From positions 1 through 32,719 of the forward strand of contig JAAYAV010000389.1 of assembly GCA_012719195.1 (NCBI GenBank): DNA of 32,719 bases. The letters are read 5' to 3'. The notes under the pieces were generated by a model. It saw only the letters and a program-made list of their open reading frames with translations. It did not search any database and was not told where the DNA came from. How positions within the stretch are numbered: the first letter of the stretch is position 1; the number at the start of each line of letters is the position of its first letter. A program made the position numbers and the translations under genes. This stretch comes from Anaerolineae bacterium. Lineage in GTDB: Bacteria > Chloroflexota > Anaerolineae > DRVO01. Below are positions 23,576 to 32,252 of the stretch, one piece after another.

Positions 23576-24742
23576 CTAGGCGCGGCCGGCCAGCGCCTTG
23601 CGAATGCGCCTCAGCGCCTTCTCGATATTGGCCACCGAGTTAGCATACGAAAGGCGGATGTGGCCCTCTCCGTAGGCGCCGAAGGACGTCCCGGCCAGGG
23701 TGGCCACGCCGGCGTCGTTGAGAAGGTAGGTCTCCATCTGCTTGCTTGTCAGGCCGGTCCCGGTAATGTCCGGGAAGACGTAGAAAGCTCCCGACGGCTT
23801 CAGGCAGCGGATTCCGGGGATGTTGTTGAGGCCGTCCACGATGACGTCTCGCCGCTGACGGAAGGCAGCCACCATTTCGCCCACGGCGTCCTGCGGTCCG
23901 GTGAGTGCCTCTACGCCAGCCCACTGCGTGTGGGCGCTAGTGCAGGAGTTGGAGTTGATCTGCAGTCTTGTCACGTGCTCGGCCAGGGCCACCGGCATGA
24001 CGCCGTAGCCCAAACGCCAGCCGGTCATGGCGTACGTCTTGGAGAAGCCGTCCAGGATCACAGTCTTCTCCGCCATTCCCGGGAGACTGGAGATGCTGGA
24101 GAACTCGCCTTCGTAGATGATGCGGCCGTAGATCTCGTCCGCCAGGATGACGACGTCCCGGTCCCGCACCACCCGAGCGACGGCCTCGAGATCGCCACGC
24201 GTCAACACGCCGCCCGTGGGGTTGGCGGGAGAGTTGAGGATGATGAGGCGCGTCCGGTCGGTGACCAGTGACTCAAGCTCAGTCGTATCGAGCCGAAACT
24301 GGTTCGCCTGCAGAAGCGGCATGGGCACAGGAGTGCCACCGGCGAACTTAATCATCGACTCGTAGATCGGGAAGCCGGGGTTGGGGTAGACGACCTCATC
24401 CCCCTCCTCGACCAGCGCTGTGATCACGAAGTACATGATGGGCTTGCCGCCCGGCACCACGACCACCTGCGCCGGATCCACCTCGATGCCGCGGGTAGCA
24501 GAGACCTCGTTGGCGATGGCTCGGCGCAGATCCGGGATCCCGGCGGCCGGCGTGTAGTGAGTCTGGCCGTCACGGAGCGCGCGCACCGCCGCATCCACGA
24601 TGTTGGCCGGCGTATCAAAGTCCGGCTCGCCGATTTCCAGGTGCACGACATCACGTCCCTGCGCCTCGAGAGCGCGGGCCGCTGCGAGCACCTCGAACGC
24701 CGTCTCAGTGCCCAGTCTGCTCATCTTCTTCGAGAAACGCAT
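23576..24742 (-). CDS. Class I/II PLP-dependent aminotransferase (aspartate aminotransferase-like)
   Basis: 388 aa. Motifs NPANPTGGV, SFSKTYAMTGWRLGY (PLP lysine context) and IRLSYA. ATG at 24742 with GAGGTGGAG upstream. Confidence 0.9.
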   Translation of the reverse strand: MRFSKKMSRLGTETAFEVLAAARALEAQGRDVVHLEIGEPDFDTPANIVDAAVRALRDGQTHYTPAAGIPDLRRAIANEVSATRGIEVDPAQVVVVPGGKPIMYFVITALVEEGDEVVYPNPGFPIYESMIKFAGGTPVPMPLLQANQFRLDTTELESLVTDRTRLIILNSPANPTGGVLTRGDLEAVARVVRDRDVVILADEIYGRIIYEGEFSSISSLPGMAEKTVILDGFSKTYAMTGWRLGYGVMPVALAEHVTRLQINSNSCTSAHTQWAGVEALTGPQDAVGEMVAAFRQRRDVIVDGLNNIPGIRCLKPSGAFYVFPDITGTGLTSKQMETYLLNDAGVATLAGTSFGAYGEGHIRLSYANSVANIEKALRRIRKALAGRA

Positions 24743-24788
24743 TGCTCCACCTCACTGGTGCCTGATCCCCTCACTCTGACACGGCCAC

Positions 24789-24817
24789 ATTATCACACGG
24801 CGAGCACACCCTGTCGA
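24789..24817 (-). promoter_or_regulatory. Promoter candidate TCGACA-N17-(TGT)GATAAT for the aminotransferase gene
   Basis: On the minus strand, TCGACA (24817-24812) and GATAAT (24794-24789) preceded by TGT (extended -10-like). Confidence 0.45.
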
Positions 24818-24889
24818 GGCCCGCGGCAGGGAGGTATAAGGTGCCCGACGCGCCTGGGCCGGTAGCGGCCGGCGGAGGCCGTACAGCCG

Positions 24890-24918
24890 TTGCCGCAGGG
24901 TACCCCGTATGCTATGAT
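24890..24918 (+). promoter_or_regulatory. Promoter candidate TTGCCG-N17-TATGAT for the glycan operon (very short leader)
   Basis: TTGCCG at 24890-24895 and TATGAT at 24913-24918. The first ATG of the operon is at 24928, 9 nt after the -10, with no Shine-Dalgarno sequence. Confidence 0.5.
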
Positions 24919-24927
24919 CGCGCTTCT

Positions 24928-25590
24928 ATGGCTACCAGCGTGCATTCCACGGCGGTTGTCTACCCCAACGTACAGCTCGGCGACGGCGTGACTGTGGGCG
25001 AGTATGTCGTCCTGGGCACGCCCCCGCGTGGCGCCTCTCCCGGTGAGCACGCCACCGTGATCGGGGCAGACAGCGTCATTCGCTCCCACACCGTCATCTA
25101 CGCCGGCAACATCATCGGAGCCGGCTTCCAGAGCGGCCATGCCACGCTTCTGCGCGAGTTCAACCACATCGGCGACCAGGTGAGCATCGGATCGCACACC
25201 GTCATCGAGCACCACGTCGAGATCGGGGACGGCGTTCGGATCCACTCCGGCGCCTTCATCCCCGAGTACTCTCTGCTGGAACCCGAGGCCTGGGTCGGCC
25301 CACACGTGACCTTCACCAACACGCTGCACCCTCTCTGCCCTCGCGCCAAGGACTGCCTCCGCGGGCCGCGGGTCCGGCGGGGCGCCAAGATCGGGGCCAA
25401 CGCCACCCTCCTTCCCGACTTGGAGGTGGGAGAAATGGCGCTGGTAGGAGCGGCCGCGGTCGTGGTTCAGGATGTCCCGGCGCGCATGGTGGTGGTGGGC
25501 AATCCGGCGCGCGTGGTCCGCAGCATCGACCTGCTCACCTGCCCGTATGGTCTCATGGACTCGCCGTACAACGTCACGAGCGAACGCTAG
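24928..25590 (+). CDS. Left-handed beta-helix (hexapeptide-repeat) sugar N-acetyltransferase, WlbB/WbpD/QdtC-like
   Basis: Repeated hexapeptide [LIV]G pattern across the protein. GPHVTFTNTLHP resembles the GPxxVFTN motif of 3-amino-sugar N-acetyltransferases. It sits directly upstream of a DegT aminotransferase. The track start at 24841 is rejected. Confidence 0.8.
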   Translation: MATSVHSTAVVYPNVQLGDGVTVGEYVVLGTPPRGASPGEHATVIGADSVIRSHTVIYAGNIIGAGFQSGHATLLREFNHIGDQVSIGSHTVIEHHVEIGDGVRIHSGAFIPEYSLLEPEAWVGPHVTFTNTLHPLCPRAKDCLRGPRVRRGAKIGANATLLPDLEVGEMALVGAAAVVVQDVPARMVVVGNPARVVRSIDLLTCPYGLMDSPYNVTSER

Positions 25591-25602
25591 ACGGAGGGCG
25601 CG

Positions 25603-26730
25603 ATGGATCAGATACCGCTGGTGGACCTCGGGGCGCAGTACCACTCCCTAAGGGACGAAATGGACGCCGCCATTCAGGGCATTCTCGACAGCACCCGCTT
25701 CATCGGGGGTCCGGAGATCGCCGGCTTTGAAGCCGAATTCGCCGCCTATTGTGAGGCCGCCCACTGTGTCGGCGTCTCGTCGGGTACTTCGGCGCTGACT
25801 CTCGCCCTACGCGCCTGCGGCATTGGCCCCGGCGACGAGGTAATCACCTGCAGCAACACCTTCGTGGCCACCGCGGAGGCGATTGCCCTGGTCGGCGCCA
25901 CTCCCGTGTTGGTGGACGCAACCCCCACCACCGGGGGCATGGACGCCCGGCAGACGGCCCTCGCCATCACCGGGCGCACGCGAGCCCTGCTGCCCGTCCA
26001 TCTCTACGGCCATCCCGCTGACCTCGACCCCCTGCTCGATCTATGTGAGCGGTACGGGCTGTACCTAGTTGAGGATGCCGCCCAGGCGCACGGGGCACGC
26101 TATCGGGGACGGCGCGTTGGATCGCTGGGGAGAGTGGCCTGTTTCTCCTTCTACCCGGGCAAGAACCTGGGCGCCTACGGGGACGCGGGAGCCATCGTCA
26201 CCAACGACCCCGAGATCGGCGAGGCGGTGCGCATGGCGGCAGACCACGGCCGCACGCCCGGCAGCAAGTACGAGCACTCGCGGGTGGGCGGGAATGACCG
26301 TATGGACGCGCTGCAGGCGGCGGTGCTGCGCGTGAAGCTTCGCCACCTCGACGGCTGGAATCGGCGCCGGCGCGAACACGCCGCTCACTACGACGCGTTG
26401 CTCACCGGTTCGGCGGCCGCCCCTCTGCAGCCGGCTGGCTGGGCCGAGCCGGTGTACCACCTCTACATCGTCCAGGTGCCGCCCCAGTCTCGAGCCGGTA
26501 TCCAGAAATGCCTGGGCGATGCCGGCATTGCCACCGGCATCCACTACCCGATACCGGTGCATCTGCAGCCCGCCTTCGCCGACCTGGGCTACCGTCCGGG
26601 AAGCCTACCGGTCTCGGAGGGGCTGGCGGAGAGCGTCCTCAGTCTGCCGATGTATGCAGAACTGCGGCCAGACCAGGTAGATGCCGTTTCCGCTCGCCTC
26701 CTGTCCTGCCTCAAGGACGAGGGCTTCTAG
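25603..26730 (+). CDS. DegT/DnrJ/EryC1/StrS-family PLP-dependent nucleotide-sugar aminotransferase
   Basis: IGGPEIAGFEAEFAAY, VEDAAQAHGA and FSFYPGKNLGAYGDAGAIVTND (PLP lysine). GGAGGG RBS precedes the ATG at 25603. Confidence 0.9.
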   Translation: MDQIPLVDLGAQYHSLRDEMDAAIQGILDSTRFIGGPEIAGFEAEFAAYCEAAHCVGVSSGTSALTLALRACGIGPGDEVITCSNTFVATAEAIALVGATPVLVDATPTTGGMDARQTALAITGRTRALLPVHLYGHPADLDPLLDLCERYGLYLVEDAAQAHGARYRGRRVGSLGRVACFSFYPGKNLGAYGDAGAIVTNDPEIGEAVRMAADHGRTPGSKYEHSRVGGNDRMDALQAAVLRVKLRHLDGWNRRRREHAAHYDALLTGSAAAPLQPAGWAEPVYHLYIVQVPPQSRAGIQKCLGDAGIATGIHYPIPVHLQPAFADLGYRPGSLPVSEGLAESVLSLPMYAELRPDQVDAVSARLLSCLKDEGF

Positions 26731-26735
26731 GCGCA

Positions 26736-27680
26736 ATGGGCTCCGGCAGCGGCTCCGTCGCCATCTCGGTGTTTGCGCCTGCCTACAACGAGGCGGGAAA
26801 CATCCCGCTGTTGCTGGAGAAGCTGGATCGCACCCTGCAGGCCCTGTCGGTGCCGGCGGAAGTGGTCATCGTGGACGATGGCTCCACCGATGGCACGGGA
26901 GACCTGCTCACCGAGGCGACCGCCCGCTATGCTTGGCTGCGCGTGATCCGTCACCGCCGCAACCTCGGCCTGACCGAAGCCATGCGGTCCGGCTTCGAGT
27001 CCGTCCGGGGTGACACGGTAGTCTTTCTCCCGGCGGATCTGGAAGCGGACCCAGAGGTAGACGTGCCCGCCCTGTTGGGGAAGCTCGAGGAAGGTTATGA
27101 CGTGGTGGCCGGGTGGCGGCAAGGCCGCAAGGACGGCAAGGTCCTGGCCTCCCGCATCTACAACTGGGTCTCAGCCCGACTCTTCGGCGTGCACGCCCAC
27201 GACATGAACTGGATCAAGGCATTCCGGCGCGAAGTCCTGGACGACCTCCAGCTTCGGTCGGACTGGCACCGGTTCATCCTGGTCATCGCCGCCGCGCACG
27301 GCTACCGCGTGGGAGAGGTGAAGACCTCCTACCAACCCCGGCAGCACGGGCGCTCCAAGTTCGGCATCGGCCGCATACCGCGCTCGTTCCTAGACGTGCT
27401 GGTGGTCAAGTTCTTGCTCACTTTCAGCCGCAAGCCCATGCTCTTCTTCGGCGGGTTGGGGTTGGCCTGCGAGGCGGTGGGCGGGCTCATCGGGGCTTTT
27501 CTGGTGGTGCTCTACCTGCTGGAGCAGACTCAGGTGCGCCCCCTTTTCAACCTCTCGTTGGTGCTGGTTGTCGCCGGGCTGCTTCTCTTCTTGGTGGGCT
27601 TCCTCGCCGAGCTGATCGTGGCCCAGACCGAGCAGCTCGAGTCTGTCCTCGCCGAACTGCGTCGCCAGAACCGGAGTTGA
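26736..27680 (+). CDS. GT2 polyprenyl-phosphate glycosyltransferase (GtrB/ArnC/DPM1-like) with two C-terminal TM helices
   Basis: SVFAPAYNEAGNI, VIVDDGSTDGT, PADLEADP and RQHGRSKF motifs, with two hydrophobic C-terminal helices. ATG at 26736 lies 5 nt after the DegT stop. The track extension back to 26508 overlaps DegT and is rejected. Confidence 0.85.
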   Translation: MGSGSGSVAISVFAPAYNEAGNIPLLLEKLDRTLQALSVPAEVVIVDDGSTDGTGDLLTEATARYAWLRVIRHRRNLGLTEAMRSGFESVRGDTVVFLPADLEADPEVDVPALLGKLEEGYDVVAGWRQGRKDGKVLASRIYNWVSARLFGVHAHDMNWIKAFRREVLDDLQLRSDWHRFILVIAAAHGYRVGEVKTSYQPRQHGRSKFGIGRIPRSFLDVLVVKFLLTFSRKPMLFFGGLGLACEAVGGLIGAFLVVLYLLEQTQVRPLFNLSLVLVVAGLLLFLVGFLAELIVAQTEQLESVLAELRRQNRS

Positions 27681-27683
27681 CCC

Positions 27684-28913
27684 GTGAAGGTGCTAGTCCT
27701 CACCCACAATCTGCCCCGCTTCCCGGGCGACTTCAGCGGTACCTTCATCGATGCCCTGGCGACCGCCATGGTCAGACAGGGCGCGGAGGTCCGCGTTCTG
27801 GCGCCTCATGATGTCGACTACGTCTCGCCCCGGGAGTTGCCCTACGGTCTAGACCTTTACCGCTATGCCTGGCCCGCGACCTACGAGACCGTTGGCTACA
27901 TGCGCAGTATGGAGGCCGACCTGCGACCGCGGCGCGCCAGCCTGCTGGCGACGCCGGCCAGCCTCGCCTTCGGTACCGCCGCCGGCGTTCGGCTGGCGCG
28001 GCAATGGGAGCCGGACATCATCCACGCCCATTGGCTCCTCCCCAACGGCCTGATAGGCGCTGCCATCAGCCGGATCACCGGTGTGCCCCTGGTCGCTTCC
28101 CTGCCAGGTTCGGACCTATTGGTGGCGCGCCTGAACGCTGCCACCCGTGGCCTGGCGCGCTACGCTCTCGGCCGGTCGCACTTGGTGACGGCCAACAGCC
28201 ACGAACTGCGTGATGTAGCGCTGTCGCTGGGTGCCGCCGAGGACCGCTTCGATCTGATCGTATATGGCGTCGACCCCGACGAAGTGAAGGCTGACCCGCT
28301 AGCCGGCGAGGCCAAGCGCCGTGAACTGGGCCTGAGCCCCAGCGACTTCGCCGTCCTGGCAGTGGGCCGGATGGTGCCCAAGAAGGGCTTCCGCTACCTG
28401 ATCCAGGCGCTGCCTCAGCTCCTCACCCGGGTCCCGACTGCGCGGCTTGTCATGGTGGGCGACGGCGACGAGCGCGCCAACCTGGAGCGCATGGCTTCGG
28501 CCATGGGCATCCGGCGGTCGGTCGAGTTCGTGGGAACGGTGCCACGGGACGAGATAGTCGCTTACTACAGCGCCGCCGATGCGCTCGCCATGCCATCCGT
28601 CACCGAGCCCGAGGACGGCCTCAACGTCTGCGTGCTCGACGCCATGGCCTGCGGGCTCCCCATCGTGGCCAGCACGGTGGCTGGCAACCCGCTCGTGGTC
28701 GAGGACGGAGTCAACGGTCTGCTCGTACCCGAGCGCCGGGCCGATCTGCTGGCCGACGCTCTTGCCCGGCTTCACAGCGATCGCCGACACCTGAGGGCCC
28801 TCGGTCAGGCCGGCCGCCGCCGCGTAGAGGCGGAGTTCGCCTGGCCGCACCTCGCCGCCCGCTACCTGGACCACTTCGAGCGCATCGCCGGCAATCACGC
28901 TACGGCCGACTAG
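27684..28913 (+). CDS. GT4-family (GT-B fold) glycosyltransferase
   Basis: MKVLVLTHNLPRFPGDFSGTF N-terminus, and C-terminal PSVTEPEDGLNVCVLDAMACGLPIVAS (EX7E-type motif). GTG start lies 3 nt after the GT2 stop. Confidence 0.85.
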   Translation: MKVLVLTHNLPRFPGDFSGTFIDALATAMVRQGAEVRVLAPHDVDYVSPRELPYGLDLYRYAWPATYETVGYMRSMEADLRPRRASLLATPASLAFGTAAGVRLARQWEPDIIHAHWLLPNGLIGAAISRITGVPLVASLPGSDLLVARLNAATRGLARYALGRSHLVTANSHELRDVALSLGAAEDRFDLIVYGVDPDEVKADPLAGEAKRRELGLSPSDFAVLAVGRMVPKKGFRYLIQALPQLLTRVPTARLVMVGDGDERANLERMASAMGIRRSVEFVGTVPRDEIVAYYSAADALAMPSVTEPEDGLNVCVLDAMACGLPIVASTVAGNPLVVEDGVNGLLVPERRADLLADALARLHSDRRHLRALGQAGRRRVEAEFAWPHLAARYLDHFERIAGNHATAD

Positions 28914-28917
28914 CGGC

Positions 28918-29889
28918 ATGGGTGCGCACGATCGAGGCGCCGCCTTCCTGGCCGGGTTGCGGCAACTTCTGGCGCATCCGTGGCTGCGGATGACCGTTCT
29001 CGGGCTCAGTCTCGCCTTTCTCTTCCTCGTACTGCGCGCCTACTGGGCCGATATGCGAAGCCTCCAAGTAGCAGTGCGCTGGTGGTGGGTTGCCGCGAGC
29101 GTAGCCGTCCTCTTGCCGTGCCTTCTGATGGAGGTCTGGCTATGGCGCTCGCTGCTGGACCAGATCGGTTGGTCCTTGCCCCTGCGGGGCGCAGCGGGGG
29201 TATGGTTCCTCTCCAATCTGGCGCGCTACATCCCCGGGAATGTCTGGCAGTTCGTAGGCATGATGGAGTTGGGAGCGGCGAGCGGCATTCCGAGGAAGGC
29301 CATACTTGCCAGCGTGCTTCTGCACCAGCTCTTCTCCAATCTGACCGGCCTGCTCGCAGGCTTACCCGCTCTCGCCAATGCCGCCCGGATTGCGCCGACG
29401 GTGCTTCTGGCGGTGCTAGTGGTACTCGTGGCCGGCATAGCCGTGGCCCTTTCCCCTCCGGTGCTGGCCGGGGCCGGTCGCGCCCTCAACAGCATCGTGC
29501 GGCCCACCACGGCAGGGGTACAACTCCGCCGACGGCCGCTAATCGCCCTCTTCTGCGGCTACTGCCTCTACTGGGTCTGGCTGGGCACCGCGTTCTGGCT
29601 GCTTGGCCGTGGCCTCGGCGCCGGTTCCGGATCACTGGTCGGCTGGGCGTCGGCCTTTCCCGCTTCCTATGTCGCCGGCTACCTGTCTCTGCTAACGCCG
29701 AGCGGAGTCGGGGTGCGCGAGGGTGTGTTGGCACTGCTGCTGGCGCCGGTGGCCGGGGCGGGGCTGGCCGGGGTGGTGGCTCTGGTGGCCCGGCTCTGGC
29801 TCACTCTAGCGGAACTCCTTGCGGCGGCGGTGGCCCTGGCGGCCAACCGCTCCCTGTTCCGGTCGGCCCGCGGCGGAGGCAGGACGTGA
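28918..29889 (+). CDS. UPF0104 / LPG_synthase_TM-like 'flippase-like' polytopic membrane protein
   Basis: About 8 predicted hydrophobic helices. Motifs LSNLARYIPGNVWQ and TPSGVGVREGVLALLL resemble the lysyl-PG synthase transmembrane (flippase) domain family. Confidence 0.75.
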   Translation: MGAHDRGAAFLAGLRQLLAHPWLRMTVLGLSLAFLFLVLRAYWADMRSLQVAVRWWWVAASVAVLLPCLLMEVWLWRSLLDQIGWSLPLRGAAGVWFLSNLARYIPGNVWQFVGMMELGAASGIPRKAILASVLLHQLFSNLTGLLAGLPALANAARIAPTVLLAVLVVLVAGIAVALSPPVLAGAGRALNSIVRPTTAGVQLRRRPLIALFCGYCLYWVWLGTAFWLLGRGLGAGSGSLVGWASAFPASYVAGYLSLLTPSGVGVREGVLALLLAPVAGAGLAGVVALVARLWLTLAELLAAAVALAANRSLFRSARGGGRT

Positions 29890-32252
29890 GGCTGACTCGA
29901 CCGTGCCGGGCCGCCGTGATGCTGGTCGGCGCTGCCGCGCTGGCCTTCACCGTCTTCTTCGCCTGGTTCGCCATCGAGCGCCACAACGGGCTCATGACGC
30001 ACACGGCCGACTTGGGCCAGATTGACCTGGCGATCTGGAACACCCTGCACGGCTGCTTCGTCCAAGAGGTGAAAGGCGAGGCGATAAGCACTCGCCTCAC
30101 CGATCACATCGAGCCGATCTTCTGGCCGGTGTCGGTAGTGTTCGGACTCTGGGACGACGCGCGGGCACTGCTGTCGCTGCAAGCCCTGGTGCTTGGCATG
30201 ACCGCGCTAGTGGTGGCGGGCGCGGTGTATGCCTGGTGGCCCGGCCGGTTGACGACTGCCGGCTGCCTCGCCGCCACTTGGGCGGCCCTGGCCTACCTGG
30301 CGGCGCCTGCAACCCAAGCGGCCACGGTGGCGGACTTCCACGCCTCGCCGTTGGCTGTCCTGCCGCTGGCCCTGTTGCTGCTCACGGGGCGTCGGGGCCG
30401 CACTTGGCCGGCACTTGTCGCCGCCGGGACAGCACTGGCAGTCAAGGAAGAGATTGCGCTGGTGGTCGCGGTCGCCTGTCTCGTTCTGGCGGTAACCTCT
30501 CGCTGGAAGGCAGGTTACCCGGCGGCGGCGCTAGCGCTAGCCTGGTTCCTGCTCGCTACGATGGTGATCATCCCCTCGTACAGCGCGGAAGCCTACGGTG
30601 AGGCGACAATGCCCTACCTGGCCCGCTACGAAGCTTCGGAGACGACCGGCGATCCGTCACTTCCGGCGCTCGTCACCGGCGTGCTGCGACGGGCGCTGGA
30701 GTCCGACCGCCTTCTGTACGTCGCCGGTCTGCTGGCCAGTTTCGCCTTCCTGCCCCTATTCGCTCCCGAGGTGGCTCTGGTGGCGGCGCCGCTGATCGCG
30801 GCCAACGTGCTCAGCCACTACTCGGCCCAGTTCTCCGGCCAGTTCCACTACAGCGCACCTTTCATGTCCGTCCTCGCCATCGCTGCCGGGGTAGGCGCGA
30901 CGCGCGTCCTTGGCTGGGCCTGGAGACGGAGCCACCTCTTGTCGGGCCTTGTCCTGGCCGCGGCGCTCCTAGTGCCTGCGGTTCACCATATGGACGCGGG
31001 CTTCACTCCCCTGGGCGCGGAGTATTACCTCCATCGCCCCACCTCGTCTCGCGCCGATCTCCTGGAGCGCTTCCGTCCGCTGATCGGCCAGCAAGCGTCA
31101 CTATCCGTCACCCCGGCCCTTCACCCGCACTTGAGCCACCGTCAGCACATCTACACCTTCCCCGACCTGGGCGAGGCCGACTACGTGCTGCTGGATGTCG
31201 CCGGCACCACGGACATGCACCCGGCCGATGTCCGACAGAGCTTCGACGCTCTCCTCGCCGGCGGCTACGGGATCGTTGATGCTGATGCCGGGATGGTGCT
31301 TCTCGCTCGTGGCCAGGGAGGTGAGCAACTGCCGTCCCGGTTCTTCCGCTTCGCCGGCACCGACCGCGCTCCCGCCCATCGCCTGGAGGTGCAGTTCGGC
31401 ACCAGCCTCCGCCTGCTCGGCTACGATTGGCTGGACGACCCCAAATGGGGCTACACCTATATGCGGCTCTACTGGGAAGCCCTCGCCCCGCTCACGGACG
31501 AACTGATGCCCCACTTCCTGCTGGTGGACGGCGCGGGCGAGGTCATCACCGACAGCCGGTCGACTCCCTTCCTGGAGCCACACTGGCTGCCCCTCAGCCG
31601 CTGGACTCCCGGACAGGTTTGGATCACTACCTCCCTTCCGGCCGCACTCGGCGACGCCTGGGGCGCTTACGTCGGCGTGGTGGTGGACGGGCAGTATGAC
31701 CAGACCGCGGCCCGCCTCTCTCCCAGCGCGTCGGGCGCCGGCCAGGTCGTGTCCTCGACCAACCTTGTGCGCCTGGATCCCGTGCAACGCGTTCGGGCCG
31801 GGCTTCGGCCGTCGCTCAAACCACTCGCCGTCCTGCCTCCGCCGGACCAGGGTCAGGCCACGCCACTGGGCGGGTGGCTCCATTTCCACGGCGCCCGCGT
31901 CCCGGGACGCATTGCGCCCGGTGAAGCGCTTGCGGTCACCACCTACTGGAGCCGGCCGTCCGCCGCCGACTTCGAGCTGGCTCTCTCCATCCGGCTACTC
32001 GATTCCACTGGCGTCGTGGCAGCCCAGATCGACGGTCCAGTTCAGCAGGGGCTCTACCCGCCCAGGGCCTGGATCGCAGGAGAGATCGTGCCTGACCGCA
32101 AGACGCTGTCAGATGCCTCCGAGCTGGGTTCGGGCCAGTACACTGTGATCGTCATTCCCTACGATCCCGCCACCGGCGCTCCCCTGGAATCGGTGGGGAG
32201 CGGGCTCGTGCTGGGTACCGTTGTGGTCGTACCCGCGGACGTGACGCCATGA
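29886..32252 (+). CDS. DUF2079-family polytopic membrane protein (putative GT-C-like) with a tandem C-terminal beta-rich extension
   Basis: N-terminal pattern FAIERHNGLMTHTADLGQIDLAIWNTLHG...LTDHIEPIF is typical of DUF2079. GTG at 29886 overlaps the upstream stop (GTGA). The track ORF start at 28980 is an off-frame extension over the UPF0104 gene. ATG 29919 is an alternative start. Confidence 0.8.
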   Translation: MRLTRPCRAAVMLVGAAALAFTVFFAWFAIERHNGLMTHTADLGQIDLAIWNTLHGCFVQEVKGEAISTRLTDHIEPIFWPVSVVFGLWDDARALLSLQALVLGMTALVVAGAVYAWWPGRLTTAGCLAATWAALAYLAAPATQAATVADFHASPLAVLPLALLLLTGRRGRTWPALVAAGTALAVKEEIALVVAVACLVLAVTSRWKAGYPAAALALAWFLLATMVIIPSYSAEAYGEATMPYLARYEASETTGDPSLPALVTGVLRRALESDRLLYVAGLLASFAFLPLFAPEVALVAAPLIAANVLSHYSAQFSGQFHYSAPFMSVLAIAAGVGATRVLGWAWRRSHLLSGLVLAAALLVPAVHHMDAGFTPLGAEYYLHRPTSSRADLLERFRPLIGQQASLSVTPALHPHLSHRQHIYTFPDLGEADYVLLDVAGTTDMHPADVRQSFDALLAGGYGIVDADAGMVLLARGQGGEQLPSRFFRFAGTDRAPAHRLEVQFGTSLRLLGYDWLDDPKWGYTYMRLYWEALAPLTDELMPHFLLVDGAGEVITDSRSTPFLEPHWLPLSRWTPGQVWITTSLPAALGDAWGAYVGVVVDGQYDQTAARLSPSASGAGQVVSSTNLVRLDPVQRVRAGLRPSLKPLAVLPPPDQGQATPLGGWLHFHGARVPGRIAPGEALAVTTYWSRPSAADFELALSIRLLDSTGVVAAQIDGPVQQGLYPPRAWIAGEIVPDRKTLSDASELGSGQYTVIVIPYDPATGAPLESVGSGLVLGTVVVVPADVTP

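Noticed and set aside
23546-24271. 241-aa + strand ORF, and related ORFs 24793-25644, 26065-26562, 27113-27811, 28299-28919 and 31101-31889
   Set aside because: They are antisense to the aminotransferase and glycan-operon genes and have artefactual composition. The same reasoning applies as for the other antisense ORFs.
26508-26735. Upstream extension of the GT2 ORF
   Set aside because: It overlaps the 3' end of the DegT gene in another frame and has low-complexity R/P/G content. The conserved GT2 N-terminus starts at the ATG at 26736.
28980-29885. 302-codon upstream extension making a 1090-aa ORF
   Set aside because: It is off-frame over the well-supported UPF0104 membrane protein gene. 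Its translation is Arg/Gly/Pro-rich junk typical of alternative frames in GC-rich DNA. DUF2079 homology begins only after the GTG at 29886.
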